Of a DNA stretch of 32,000 nucleotides, positions 21,002 through 32,000 are shown one piece after another (the stretch's first letter is position 1; each line of letters starts with the position of its first letter). Position numbers and translations under genes: made by a program. The notes under the pieces are model-generated. The model saw only the letters and a list, made by a program, of their open reading frames with translations. It did no database searches and was not told where the DNA came from. Source of the stretch: Wallemia ichthyophaga EXF-994 (lineage: Eukaryota; Fungi; Basidiomycota); contig NW_008806280.1 in NCBI RefSeq assembly GCF_000400465.1, forward strand, positions 210,001 through 242,000, written 5' to 3'.

Positions 21002-21916
21002 ATGGAAGATATAAAGCAATTTTATTTTGAGGGTGAGAATTGCTGTATTCTGATTGGCCGAAGTAAATTTACATGCATTCCAGGCTCACATGAGCAAGTT
21101 ATCGACTCAGTTGATAGTTCAGCACTGGACACGCTCCAAGATCGCATTAATCTCATTTACTCTGTGAGATCTCATATCGCTCTTCAGAAAACTTTGCCAT
21201 ATATCCACCCTGAAGCCATTGAATCACACATAGAATTGCGGGTTTTGGACGCATATACCAACTACATCACCGCTAAAGAACAGACAGAATCTTTGGATAT
21301 CCTCAGGGACTGCTTGATAGAGCTTGAGTCTGAGGAGCATCCGTTTAAAGGTCTTCTCAGTGTTTTGGCTGCCTCAGTCTTCTGGCAGGGTGGTGAAATC
21401 GAAGAGGCGCTCTCAACTTTAGGCGCAGGCCAAGGTGTAAAAGATGTAGAATGCGTAGCTCTTCTTATACAGATCTATATCACCATGAACAGACTCGATT
21501 TGGCGAAGAACGAGTACCAGCACGCTCGTACATGGGCTGATGATAATTACCTCATTCAGCTGTCTGAAGCTTGGTTGGGCCTTGCTGGTGCATCCACATC
21601 CGCGAATATTGGTTATGAACATGCTTACTACATTCTCGAAGAACTCCCAGATAGAGAGAAGCCATACAATAAATTACTCAGAGCGATAGCTCACGCAGCA
21701 CTCAGTCACTTTGATGAGGCGCAGGTTGAGCTTGACGCTCTCAGTCTAGATGACGAAAACACGCTGACTAACACCATTGTCATTTCCACACACTTGAACA
21801 AAGATACCAAGACGCTGATTGATAAACTGCGCTCTATTAACTCAAACAACCCTCTTATAAAAGGATTAGATGCAAAGAGCAACGAATTTGACAGTCTATC
21901 AAAGCAATTTATGTAA
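21002..21916 (+). CDS. SEC28: Coatomer epsilon subunit (epsilon-COP)
   Basis: TPR-like helices with CVALLIQIYITMNRLDLAK..WADDNYLIQLSEAWLGLA and C-terminal KSNEFDSLSKQF. The track ORF reads through a probable in-frame intron (GTGAGA..TTCCAG) after MEDIKQFYFE. Confidence 0.85.
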   Translation: MEDIKQFYFEGENCCILIGRSKFTCIPGSHEQVIDSVDSSALDTLQDRINLIYSVRSHIALQKTLPYIHPEAIESHIELRVLDAYTNYITAKEQTESLDILRDCLIELESEEHPFKGLLSVLAASVFWQGGEIEEALSTLGAGQGVKDVECVALLIQIYITMNRLDLAKNEYQHARTWADDNYLIQLSEAWLGLAGASTSANIGYEHAYYILEELPDREKPYNKLLRAIAHAALSHFDEAQVELDALSLDDENTLTNTIVISTHLNKDTKTLIDKLRSINSNNPLIKGLDAKSNEFDSLSKQFM

Positions 21917-21974
21917 AAGCATCACCAATGACTCAAAAATTTTCATGAATTCAGTTTCTAAAGATTAAAATAGT

Positions 21975-23005
21975 TTACGCGATACCAGCGGCCTTAGCTG
22001 ATTTGAGAATAGCAGCACCAATTTCACCTGGGGACTCAACAACAACTGCACCTGCGTTTCTGAGAGCGTTAATCTTAGTCTCAGCCTTACCGACACCACC
22101 ACCAGAGATGACAGCACCAGCGTGACCCATTCTACGGCCAGGTGGAGCTGAAACACCAGCGATGAAACCGACAATTGGCTTGTTGTGAATATTGTTTTGC
22201 TTGATGTATTCTGCAGCTTCTTCTTCAGATGAACCACCAATCTCACCAATCAAAACGACAGCCTCAGTCTTTGGATCGTGAAGCAAGAGTTTAAGGGCAT
22301 CGACGTGGGTGGTACCTGGGAAAGGATCACCACCAATACCCAAACAGATAGATTGACCCAAACCGACTTCAGAGGTTTGTTGGACAGCTTCATAAGTGAG
22401 AGTACCAGATCTAGACACGATACCGACCTTTCCTGGTGAGTGGATGTACCCAGGCATGATACCAATCTTGCAGCCGTCAGGATTTATGACACCAGGGCAG
22501 TTTGGACCAAGAAGACGAGATTTAGTTTGTTGGCGGAGTACGTGAGCAACCTTGATTTCATCAGCTTGAGGGATACCTTCAGTAATAGCGACGATCAAGC
22601 CGATTTCATTCTCGATGGCTTCGATTATAGCATTGGCAGCGAAAGGAGGAGGAACGTAGAGGACGGTAGCATCAGGTTTAGCTTCACGGGCAGCTTCCTT
22701 GACAGATCCGAAGACAGGTAAACCCAAGTGCTCAGTGCCTGCCTTTGAAGGACTGACACCGCCAACCATGTTGGTACCGTACGAAATGGCTTCTCTGCAG
22801 TGGAAGGTAGCAGTTTTACCTGTGAATCCTTGACAGAGAACTCTAGTGTCCTTATTTACAGCGAGGTTTGGGATGGATTGGTCGTAGAGGTTGTTCGTGC
22901 GTCTAGCAGAGGTGCTAAGAGAGCGGCGACCTTTAAGAATGTCAGCGTATGCTTAAAAAGCCTGTTAATCCACTCACCGACGCTGTTTACAAGATTTTTA
23001 AACAT
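21975..23005 (-). CDS. LSC1: Succinyl-CoA ligase alpha subunit, mitochondrial
   Basis: ATG 23005 (MFKNLVNSV|[11 protein letters not shown] presequence, one intron). Motifs [54 protein letters not shown] (phospho-His). Confidence 0.97.
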
Positions 23006-23312
23006 GATCGTTTTGGTGTAAGCGTCTATAGGAGCGGATGGGTTCACTTGCCGTGATTAACCGCAAATTTAACGAGCAGCGTGAGAGTGGATGTACAATA
23101 ATTTGCACCAAGCCAAATAGCGCTATTTGTACTTGAATATACAGCGCTGTGCCTTGTGTACTGTGTGCCCATCAACAATTCGTATAAACCGTATAAATGG
23201 GTTTGAGTATGAGCAAATACTACGCCAATCAAATATCGCTTGCAACTGTATCCCCCACATTCCCCTCGTACCTTCTCACGAATACCATCGCTTTTGAACA
23301 TTTACACCCAGG

Positions 23313-23694
23313 ATGGCCGAAAACGAGACGAACGCCAACGACGGCAAAGTAAATCTCAAAGTCGCTTACAGCCAGGGTATGTCTATAAGATATTCAAATA
23401 CGCGCATATTCTTATTCCACTCTTCTTCTCCCAGGCGGTAGTGAAGATGAAATACAATTCTCGGTAAAGCCAACAACAAAGCTTGGTAAAATATTTGCTG
23501 CTTTCTGCCAAAGAACTGGTCAAGATCAATGTGCGTTTCCTTTGCCCTTTTGCACCTCCTCTCACTCCACCACAGCCACTGTTAGATTCACATTCAACGG
23601 CGACAGATTGGATCCAGACGATACCGTCAAGCAATATGAAATGGAAGACGACGACCAATTACAGGCCCACGTCTCCCAAATTGGCGGCCTTTAA
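23313..23694 (+). CDS. SMT3: SUMO precursor, 3 exons
   Basis: Spliced product MAENETNANDGKVNLKVAYSQGGSEDEIQFSVKPTTKLGKIFAAFCQRTGQDQSTVRFTFNGDRLDPDDTVKQYEMEDDDQLQAHVSQIGGL*, with QIGG di-glycine. Missed by the ORF track because of introns. Confidence 0.9.
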
Positions 23695-24013
23695 ATTCCT
23701 CACACCATCGATGTCCTCACGCCTAGTGAAAAGTTTCACCGAACGATTGAAGCATTGTGTATAATTAATAAATCTACCATTCCAGCACTCGCCGCTGTAC
23801 ATAAATTGTCCTATTTATCATTTTCCTTGTATGTCTGCTAGCAGCGCAACATAAACTTAAAGTTGTGCACATAAATTCATTCAAGTCGTGCGGTGGTGCT
23901 TAATTAGCACAATCATAAATACGCCTCTACATCGCGACGCGTCATCAGATATTTCAACCGTGATTGTGTTGTAAAGTAATAAGTTATGACAAAAAAATAC
24001 AAAATCAATCCTT

Positions 24014-26420
24014 CTACGCCTGTAAACTAGTCCAGTATGCATCTTGACTTGGGATCGACGATAGCCCAGTCGTATAAGCCAACTCAATCCCCCTATCGTG
24101 TATATAGTGATCGCTGATTCTGGTCCATGGTCCAGGTATACTGCCCTTGGTTGCATGGTGCGCCTCATAGAAGAGCTTTATCCCAGGCGCAATCGATGAC
24201 TTGCTCTCGTTGGACGTATCCATAATCATCACAGCTTGAACTACATCGAGTATCACCTGGCGCACTCGTCAGAGGTTTAAAGCTGTTAGAGGAAAACTCA
24301 CCTCCGTTAGTCCGATATTATGATTGTTGGTCTCCCAAAGTAATCTTGGTAGGTTGTTGAACCAACCTGTCAACATCTTATCCTGCTCTGAGTTGTTGAT
24401 CAATTTGAATTGCCCCTTATAATCCATTTCATATTGAGTCAGATAGACCCTGGCGATAAATTCCACAGACAACAACTTAGTCTCGGATTTAATACCCGCT
24501 TGAGTGCAGTGGGTGAGTAATGCTTCTAGAATTAATTTCGAAGCGTCGACTGAGTTTGGAAGATTCAATAAAGCCCAGAATGATGATACAAGACACCTGT
24601 ATGTGTCCGCAGTCACTGTTAATCCCATTGGTTGAGCAGCTGTTGTCATCTAGAGGATCATCAGCAAGAGATGATAGATAAGAGAAAAACTGACGTTTCC
24701 ACTTAACATACTGCTAAGCCACTCGCAAACATTATTCATCTGTACTTGAATGTTTTTGTCTAATTTTTGCTCACGCTTGCTAGCACCACTCGAAACTCCC
24801 TCTCTGGATGACTGCGACAACAACAAAGACGAGACTAATTCGCAGTATAGAACATTCAGCTGGAGCATGTACTGATCGACTTCCATTGCTTGCTTTTGAA
24901 GGAAGTCACCGCCAAATGGGAAGTACTTTGACATGTGAGTGAGAATTATACTCAACTCCTTCTCTATTATGTGTCTTTCTGAACAATTACGTAGCAAGTA
25001 GCCGTAAGTTTCCCTACATATTTCCACTACAGCCGTTATTGACTCCAGGTGGATCGAATCCGGGGGTGTATTGGACATGGTAAAGACCGAGGGTGCCGAT
25101 TCAAGAAATACCGAGACGATGACACTAAATAATGACTGAGTCAATGACTATATTATCGTCAGCTACCTATATGTCACTATATGAGACTTACCAAGACGTC
25201 AGCTTCAGCTGGTGTGAAATTCGAAGCTGATTGGGTGGATTCGAGCAACCCAATAGCATTGTTGAGCTCATCGGACGTCAAGCTACCACCAGCTTCCATA
25301 ATTTCAGACTTGTAACCGCTCATACATCCTTTCCAGGCATCATGACTACTATGCCATTGTACAGTTTCTTTACCAGTATCACAGTAAGCAGATCTCCGTA
25401 TACGTTTAACAAAAACGTCGAAAGCCGGCTGAGAAGCAAAAGCGGATGCAAATGGCCAAAGAGGTAGTTTGTCTGAGGCGTCGTTGGAAGAGAGGGCGGT
25501 CTTGAGGAACTTTGAGAGTGACTTGAGAACAACCAATCTAGACTGATGGTGTGTTAGAGTTGTATGTATCGAATGAAATAGCTCACCTTGACACTAAGCG
25601 TGAACATAGCATTGGCGGTAGTGGTGACGGTTGAGCCAGCAGCAGGACCCTTATCGTCGCCCTTTGCGCTAAGCAAAGCCAAGTAGCATTCAATAATCTG
25701 CCTGCCGCCTATAGACGTAGGATTGGTGGAAGAAGAAGCAACTGCCCAGCCATTTATGACGAATTGGGGAATGAAATCGATGAGAATGTCAAGGAACTTA
25801 ATGCTGTCCAATCTAACCTCTGGGAAAATGTGAGAGAGACCAGAAGCAGTGAATAAAAGAAGGATAGAGGAGTAAGGGGTCCAACTTGGCTTAGGGATTC
25901 TAGGAAACAAATCTGAAGCCAGGGAATGGAGAGCTCTACGAACGGCAGCATCTTCATCAACGATAAGCTTAGTGATACCATCGAATATAGATGTTAGATT
26001 TGGGTTTATTGTGCTTGGGTAGCTTGTTATCAATTCGCGAAGACCCAAAACGCCGTCTGGTGGGAGTTGGTAAATGGATTATTGGCTAAAGGATAGAAAG
26101 CCCACCTCTTCTCATATTTGGAGAATAATGCTTCAAATGAACCAACAAGTCTTTCAACGTTAAATTACGCTTTGTGTGTGGTTCATTCTCATCAACGTCC
26201 TTGAGAATACTCTGTCCAGGCAAAGCAACGGCTAATGTGGGTTAGATACACACACTATCAGTACACCCAACTGACATCTTGCTTTAAATGAAGTATTCGT
26301 CGAATTCGTTGCCGCCTGCTTCCCTTTACCAAGCTTTGTTTTCTGCTTCTATTTTACTTGTTAAATTATTCAAAATCTCAGGCAATCACAAACTCTGAAA
26401 TCTGGCGCCTGCTTTGGCAT
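24014..26420 (-). CDS. IPI1: Rix1-complex pre-rRNA processing protein Ipi1 (TEX10-like), multi-exon
   Basis: ATG 26420 (MPKQAPDFR|KQKTKLGKGKQAATNSTNTSFKAR|..VALPGQSI, ..LLVHLKHYSPNMRR). Ipi1_N-like LSHIFPEVRLDSIKFLDILI. 3' end placed at the TAG at 24014, less certain. Confidence 0.82.
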
Positions 26421-26482
26421 CTTGGTGGTTAACACTCAACCATCATCTCCCACGCGTATACCCAATTCTCATTTATCAAAAT
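26421..26482. promoter_or_regulatory. 62-bp divergent intergenic region between IPI1 and the dynein C-terminal gene
   Basis: Head-to-head ATGs at 26420 (-) and 26483 (+). Confidence 0.55.
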
Positions 26483-29400
26483 ATGAATTCGACTCAGCCA
26501 CAGAGGTTAGCTTTTTATTCATTCTGGCCAATCAAATCTCATTTTCCCCTAGAGATGCTCTATCTGGTACTGCCCATGTAGAGCTGCTCGGCAAGTCACT
26601 CAATATAAATCAGCGCATGGGCGTTTTTGGTGGGTTTTATCGGTTCATATGGCAATTCTAATTTCAATTTCAGTTACCAGCAATCCCGGTGAGCCACTCT
26701 CCATTGCATTCCTCTCCTCTCTAACCGCGTACAGGTTACGCCGGTCGCAGTAATTTACCAGACAATCTCAAGAAATTATTCAGATCTCAGGCTATGACTC
26801 ACCCTGATAGAGAATCTATCGCCCAAGTCATGCTTTTCTCGCAAGGTTTCAGATCCGCCGAAAAGCTCGCCTCTAAGATTGTCCCCTTTTTCGTTCTCTG
26901 CGCCGAGCAGCTCTCTCCTCAGCCTCACTATGATTTTGGCCTTCGTGCTCTCAAGGCTGTCCTCATTTCCGCCGGTAATCTCAAGCGTGATCGTATCTTA
27001 TCCTCTGTTGACACCCCCAACCAAGGCGAGAACAGCCTTATCGAACAAGAAATACTTATTCAAAGCGTTACTGAAACTATCGTCCCAAAACTCGTCGCTG
27101 AGGATGTCCCCTTACTCACTAACCTCTTATCAGACGTTTTTCCAGGTGTTGAATACGTACCCGTCGATTTGTCTGCTTTGAAAGAAAAAATTGCTCTTGT
27201 TTGCTCCGAGAGGAAGCTCGTTAAAGGTGACTTATGGCTCACCAAGGTTTTGCAACTTTACCAGATTCAACGCATTCAGCACGGTTTGATGATGGTTGGT
27301 CCCGCTGGTACTGGTAAAACTCAAGCTTGGCAGGTATTATCTCAAGCTTTAGAAAGACTTGACGGCGTTGAAAGCGTTTCTTACGTCATTGATCCCAAAG
27401 CAATGTCCAAAGAAGCGCTTTACGGTACCCTTGATCAAACCACACGTGAATGGAACGACGGCCTTTTCACCCATATCTTGCGCAAAATCGTCGATAATGT
27501 TCGCGGTGAAAGCTCAAAAAGACATTGGATCATCTTTGATGGTGATGTTGATCCTGAATGGGTTGAGAACCTCAACAGTGTTCTCGATGACAACAAGCTT
27601 CTCACTCTCCCCAACGGTGAGCGTCTCAATCTGCCATCCAACGTTAAGATTATGTTTGAAGTCGAGCATCTAAAGTATGCAACTCCTGCAACTGTCAGTA
27701 GATGTGGTATGATTTGGTTTAGCGGTGATGCTGTCACACAGGAAATGTACTGTACAAACTATCTTGATACCCTTGCAAACATGCCTCTCGATGGTGATGA
27801 AGAGACTGGCATCGATATGACAGTGCGGCGTGGCGAGGTTATTTCAAACAAAAACCACCAGACTTCTCCTTCACTTCAACTTCAAAGAAATGTGGTGGAC
27901 ATTCTCAAGCCTTCTTTTCAGCCAGGCATGATAGTAGACAGTGCACTAAAACATGCTGCTACTTACGAGCACATAATGGACTTCACCTTCATGCGCGCAC
28001 TCACTACGCTCTTCTCACTTATCAATAAATCTATAAGAAATGTTATTGATCACAATCTCCAACATTCAGATTTCCCCCTTTCAATTCAACACGTTGAGCA
28101 ATACATCAACAAGCGCCTTTTAGTAGCTATTGTTTGGGCTTTTACAGGCGACACAAAATTAGACCTCCGTCTTGAAATGGGTGACTATTTACGGGGTCTC
28201 ACGACAATTGAGTTACCAATAATTGGTGATGGTATGTCCTTAATAGACTTCGATGTAAACGTGGCTACTTCAGACTGGTTCAATTGGACAGAGAAAGTTC
28301 CTACAATCGAACTAGAGACTCATGCTGTTACTGTTGCTGATGTGGTCGTTCCTACCGTTGATACGATCAGACATGAGGAGGTTCTCTATTCTTGGCTGTC
28401 TGAACACAAACCTCTGATGCTCTGTGGGCCACCAGGATCTGGTAAAGTAAGTATTTTCACCTATGTCAAGATTTATACTAATGTTCAATTTAGACAATGA
28501 CACTCTTCTCTGCATTACGTAAATTACCAGATATGGAAATTGTTGGACTTAACTTCTCATCTGCTACCACGCCAGAGCTCATTTTGAAAACATTCGAACA
28601 ATACTGTGAACTTCGTAAAACACCAAATGGAAATGTATTGGCTCCATCTCAAATCGGTCGTTGGTTGGTGGTTTTCTGTGATGAGATCAATTTGCCGGCC
28701 TTAGACAAGTATGGTACACAAAAGGTTATCTCTTTCCTGCGTCAATTAGTGGAATCGAACGGTTACTGGCGCACATCTGATATGACATGGGTGCAGCTGG
28801 AACGAATTCAATTTGTTGGTGCATGTAACCCACCTACTGATCCTGGACGTGTTCCACTGACCCAAAGATTCCTTAGACACGCACCACTTGTCATGGTCGA
28901 CTATCCCGGTGAAATATCTCTCAACCAAATTTACGGCACATTTAATCGCGCTTTACTCAAGTCGGTCCCTCAATTGCGCGGCTATGCTGAGGCTTTGACT
29001 GGTGCAATGGTTGAACTTTATCTTGAGTCACAGAGAAGGTTTACGGCTGATATTCAAGCTCACTATATCTATTCACCACGTGAATTGACTCGTTGGGCTA
29101 GAGGCATCTTTGATGCGATAAAACCATTAGATACGCTTACAGTTGAAGGTCTTGTCAGAATATGGGCACATGAGGCTCTTCGTCTCTTCCAAGACAGGCT
29201 TGTTGGCGCAGATGAGAGAAAGTGGACAGATGAACGCGTTGATTCTATTGCTTTAAAGCACTTCCAGAATATCGAGAGCGAAAGTGCGCTTTCCAGGCCA
29301 ATTCTTTTCTCCAATTGGTTGTCTAAGAATTACGTCTCTGTTGATCGTGAGGAATTGAGAGAATTCGTTAAGTCCCGTTTACACATATTCGAAGAGGAAG

Positions 29401-32000
29401 AGCTTGATGTTCAGCTTGTTTTGTTCGACGATGTTCTTGACAATGTCTTACGTATTGATAAAGTTCTCCGACAAGTACAAGGTCATGCTTTATTGATTGG
29501 TGTCAGTGGTAGTGGCAAAACAACGCTTTCACGCTTTGTCGCTTGGATGAATGGTCTCAGTATTTTCCAAATCAAAGTTTCGAATAGCTATACAGGTGAA
29601 GATTTCGACGAAGACCTCAAAACAGTACTGCGCAGAGCAGGCACGAAAGATGAGAAAATTTGCTTCATTATGGACGAATCAAATGTTCTTGACTCAGGCT
29701 TTTTGGAGCGTATGAATACCTTGCTCGCCAATGCCGAGGTTCCAGGATTGTTTGAAGGAGATGAGCATTCTTCACTTATGACAGCTTGTAAAGAAGGGGC
29801 AGCCAGAAACGGCATGATGTTAGACTCGCACGACGAATTATACAGGTGGTTCACTAGTCAAGTCTCAAGAAACTTACATGTTGTTTTCACCATGAATCCA
29901 CCAGAAAATGGCTTGGCTTCAAGAGCTGCTACGTCCCCTGCACTTTTCAACCGCTGTGTTGTTACATGGATGGGTGATTGGGCACCTGCCTCCCTTGCAA
30001 CCGTAGCTTCCGAGCTTACTGATCCTCTTGATGTGAGTACTTCCTAATTGGTTTGCGTTTCTAACCCTTGCATAGATCGATACGCGTGTTTACAACCCGC
30101 CTGCTCCATTTCCCACTGCTCATCATACTCTTCAAGCAGATCTTACTTACAGAGGTGCCGTTGTAAACGCCTTCGTTTACGTGCACCTATCTTTACATGA
30201 GATCAGCAAGCGCTTGAGTAAACGACAAGGTCGTTATAAGTGAGTGTCTTTCACGTTTTGAGATTATTGCTCATGTGATTCAGCTATGTCACTCCTCGAC
30301 ACTACTTGGATTTTATTGACCAATACGTTAAGTTGTTCAATGAAAAGCGTAATGAACTGGAAGAGCAACAGCGTCATTTGAATGTTGGTTTAGATAAACT
30401 ACGCGATACGGTAGTTCAAGTTGATGAACTTCAAAAAAGCTTAGCCGTAAAAGACACTCAATTGAAAGCCAAAGTTGCCGAGGGAGATGAAAAATTAGCC
30501 AAAATGCTTGAAGAGCAGAAACAGGCCGAGAGCAACAAAGCTACCTCAATCCAAATTCAAAGTCAGCTTCAAGAACAGAACAAAAACATAGCGCAGAGGA
30601 AAGAGGTTGTTATGACTGATCTTGCTGATGCTGAACCAGCTGTTAAAAGTGCACAGGAGTCCGTTAGTAATATCAAGAAGCAACATCTCACAGAAGTCAG
30701 ATCTATGGGTAACCCTCCAGAAGGTGTCAAGCTCGCTATGGAATCCGTTTGCACCGTACTGGGACATAAACTTGATGGTTGGAAGACCGTTCAGGGTATC
30801 ATCAGAAGAGATGATTTTATCCATTCAATCGTTAACTTCGACACTACCAAGCAAATGTCTAAGAGCCTCAGCGATCGTATTAAAAATGAGTTCATGTCGA
30901 GACCTAAGTACAACTTCGAAGACATTAATCGTGCATCGAAAGCATGTGGACCTTTAGTTAAATGGGTTATTGCTCAAGTACACTTTGCGGAGATACTCGA
31001 CAGGGTCGGTCCACTTAGGAACGAGGTGCACTATCTCGAAGAAAAGAGTTTGCACACACAGAAGCAAGCCAGCACTATAATTGACATGATCAAAGAGCTC
31101 GAAGACAGCATAGGAAAGTACAAGGACGAGTATGCAGGCCTAATTTCGGAACAGCAAGCTATTAAGAGTGAGACTGAGCGCGTACAGAAAAAAGTCGAAA
31201 GAAGTAAAACATTGTTGAGTTCACTTTCAGCCGAGCAAGATCGTTGGGAGACAAGCTCAAAGACATTCGAGTCTCAAATGAGTACGATTGTTGGAGACGT
31301 ACTTCTATCAGCTGCTTTCCTCGCATATGCTGGCTTCTTTGACCAACAGTACAGAGAAGCAATGTGGAATGGCTGGGTTACATATATGAATGATGCTGGT
31401 ATTAAATTCAAACAGGAGCTCTCGTTCGCCGACTATCTCTCGACTGCCGATGACAGACTTAGCTGGCAATCTAAATCTCTTCCAGCAGATACTCTCTGTA
31501 CAGAGAATGCCATCATGATGAGTCGTTTTAACAGGTTCCCACTCATCATTGATCCATCTGGTCAAGCATCTAATTTCCTTATCAACGAGTATAAAGGTTC
31601 GAACAGAAAATTGAGTGTGACCAGCTTTTCGGACAACTCATTCCTAAAGCAGCTGGAATCAGCAATGAGATTCGGTAATCCAATACTCGTTCAGGATGTA
31701 GAGTTTTTGGATCCGATCATTAACCCAATATTAAACAAGGAGATTCGAAGAAGTGGTGGTCGTGTACTTATTCGTGTTGGTAATCAAGACATCGACTACT
31801 CGCCTGCCTTCAACATGTTCCTAATGACACGTGATCCAAGTGTCGAATTCAGTCCAGATGTTTGCAGTAGAGTAACGTTCGTAAACTTTACCATGACGAG
31901 AAGCTCTCTCCAATCTCAATCTCTAGACCAAGTGCTCAAATCAGAAAGACCAGACGTAGATGCAAAGAGAACAAATCTTCTCAAACTACAGGGCGAGTTC
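26483..32000 (+). CDS. DYN1: Cytoplasmic dynein heavy chain, C-terminal part only (second half of AAA1 through AAA5), 3' truncated by the window edge
   Basis: Exons 26483-26505, 26553-26629, 26674-26688 and 26735 onward give [64 protein letters not shown]. Then AAA2 ([47 protein letters not shown]), AAA3 (GPPGSGK|[10 protein letters not shown]), AAA4 ([13 protein letters not shown]), TPRHYLDFI, stalk/MTBD ([29 protein letters not shown]) and AAA5 ([22 protein letters not shown]). Confidence 0.95.

Noticed and set aside
27301-27321. GPAGTGKT taken as the dynein AAA1 P-loop, implying a complete motor domain
   Set aside because: Surrounding sequence is AAA2, and the second half of AAA1 lies upstream of it.
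16-31565. Numerous short antisense or alternate-frame ORFs overlapping conserved genes (e.g. 16-579, 3400-3687, 18076-18612, 21965-22721, 29069-29854)
   Set aside because: Shadows of real coding sequence with no independent motifs.

Overview
Intron-containing eukaryotic DNA from a very compact fungal genome. Introns are 40-100 bp GT-AG with CTAAC/CTGAC branch sites and many intergenic gaps are only 4-320 bp. The gene style and split dynein point to a basidiomycete, plausibly Wallemia-like (inference only). Left to right: RNR1 (5' truncated), a mitochondrial NAD+-type carrier, a small spliced secreted Kex2-processed repeat precursor, GID7/WDR26, a 7-kb gene-free block, MTR10, COA1, AGX1, UBP12-like protease, SEC28, LSC1, SMT3, IPI1, and a dynein heavy-chain gene that runs off the window. 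Three things stand out. (1) The gene-free block is a near-perfect inverted repeat: two ~2.45-kb arms with about 6 mismatches and no indels, around a unique 1.7-kb AT-rich core (~31% GC by hand count). This is the architecture of inverted-repeat regional centromeres known from ascomycete yeasts. (2) The dynein gene has its own start inside AAA1, after Walker A/B, so it is a split heavy chain whose main ATPase site would be built from two polypeptides. (3) The spliced 135-aa precursor would release four acidic amphipathic peptides at KR sites. All coordinates and splice models were read by eye.
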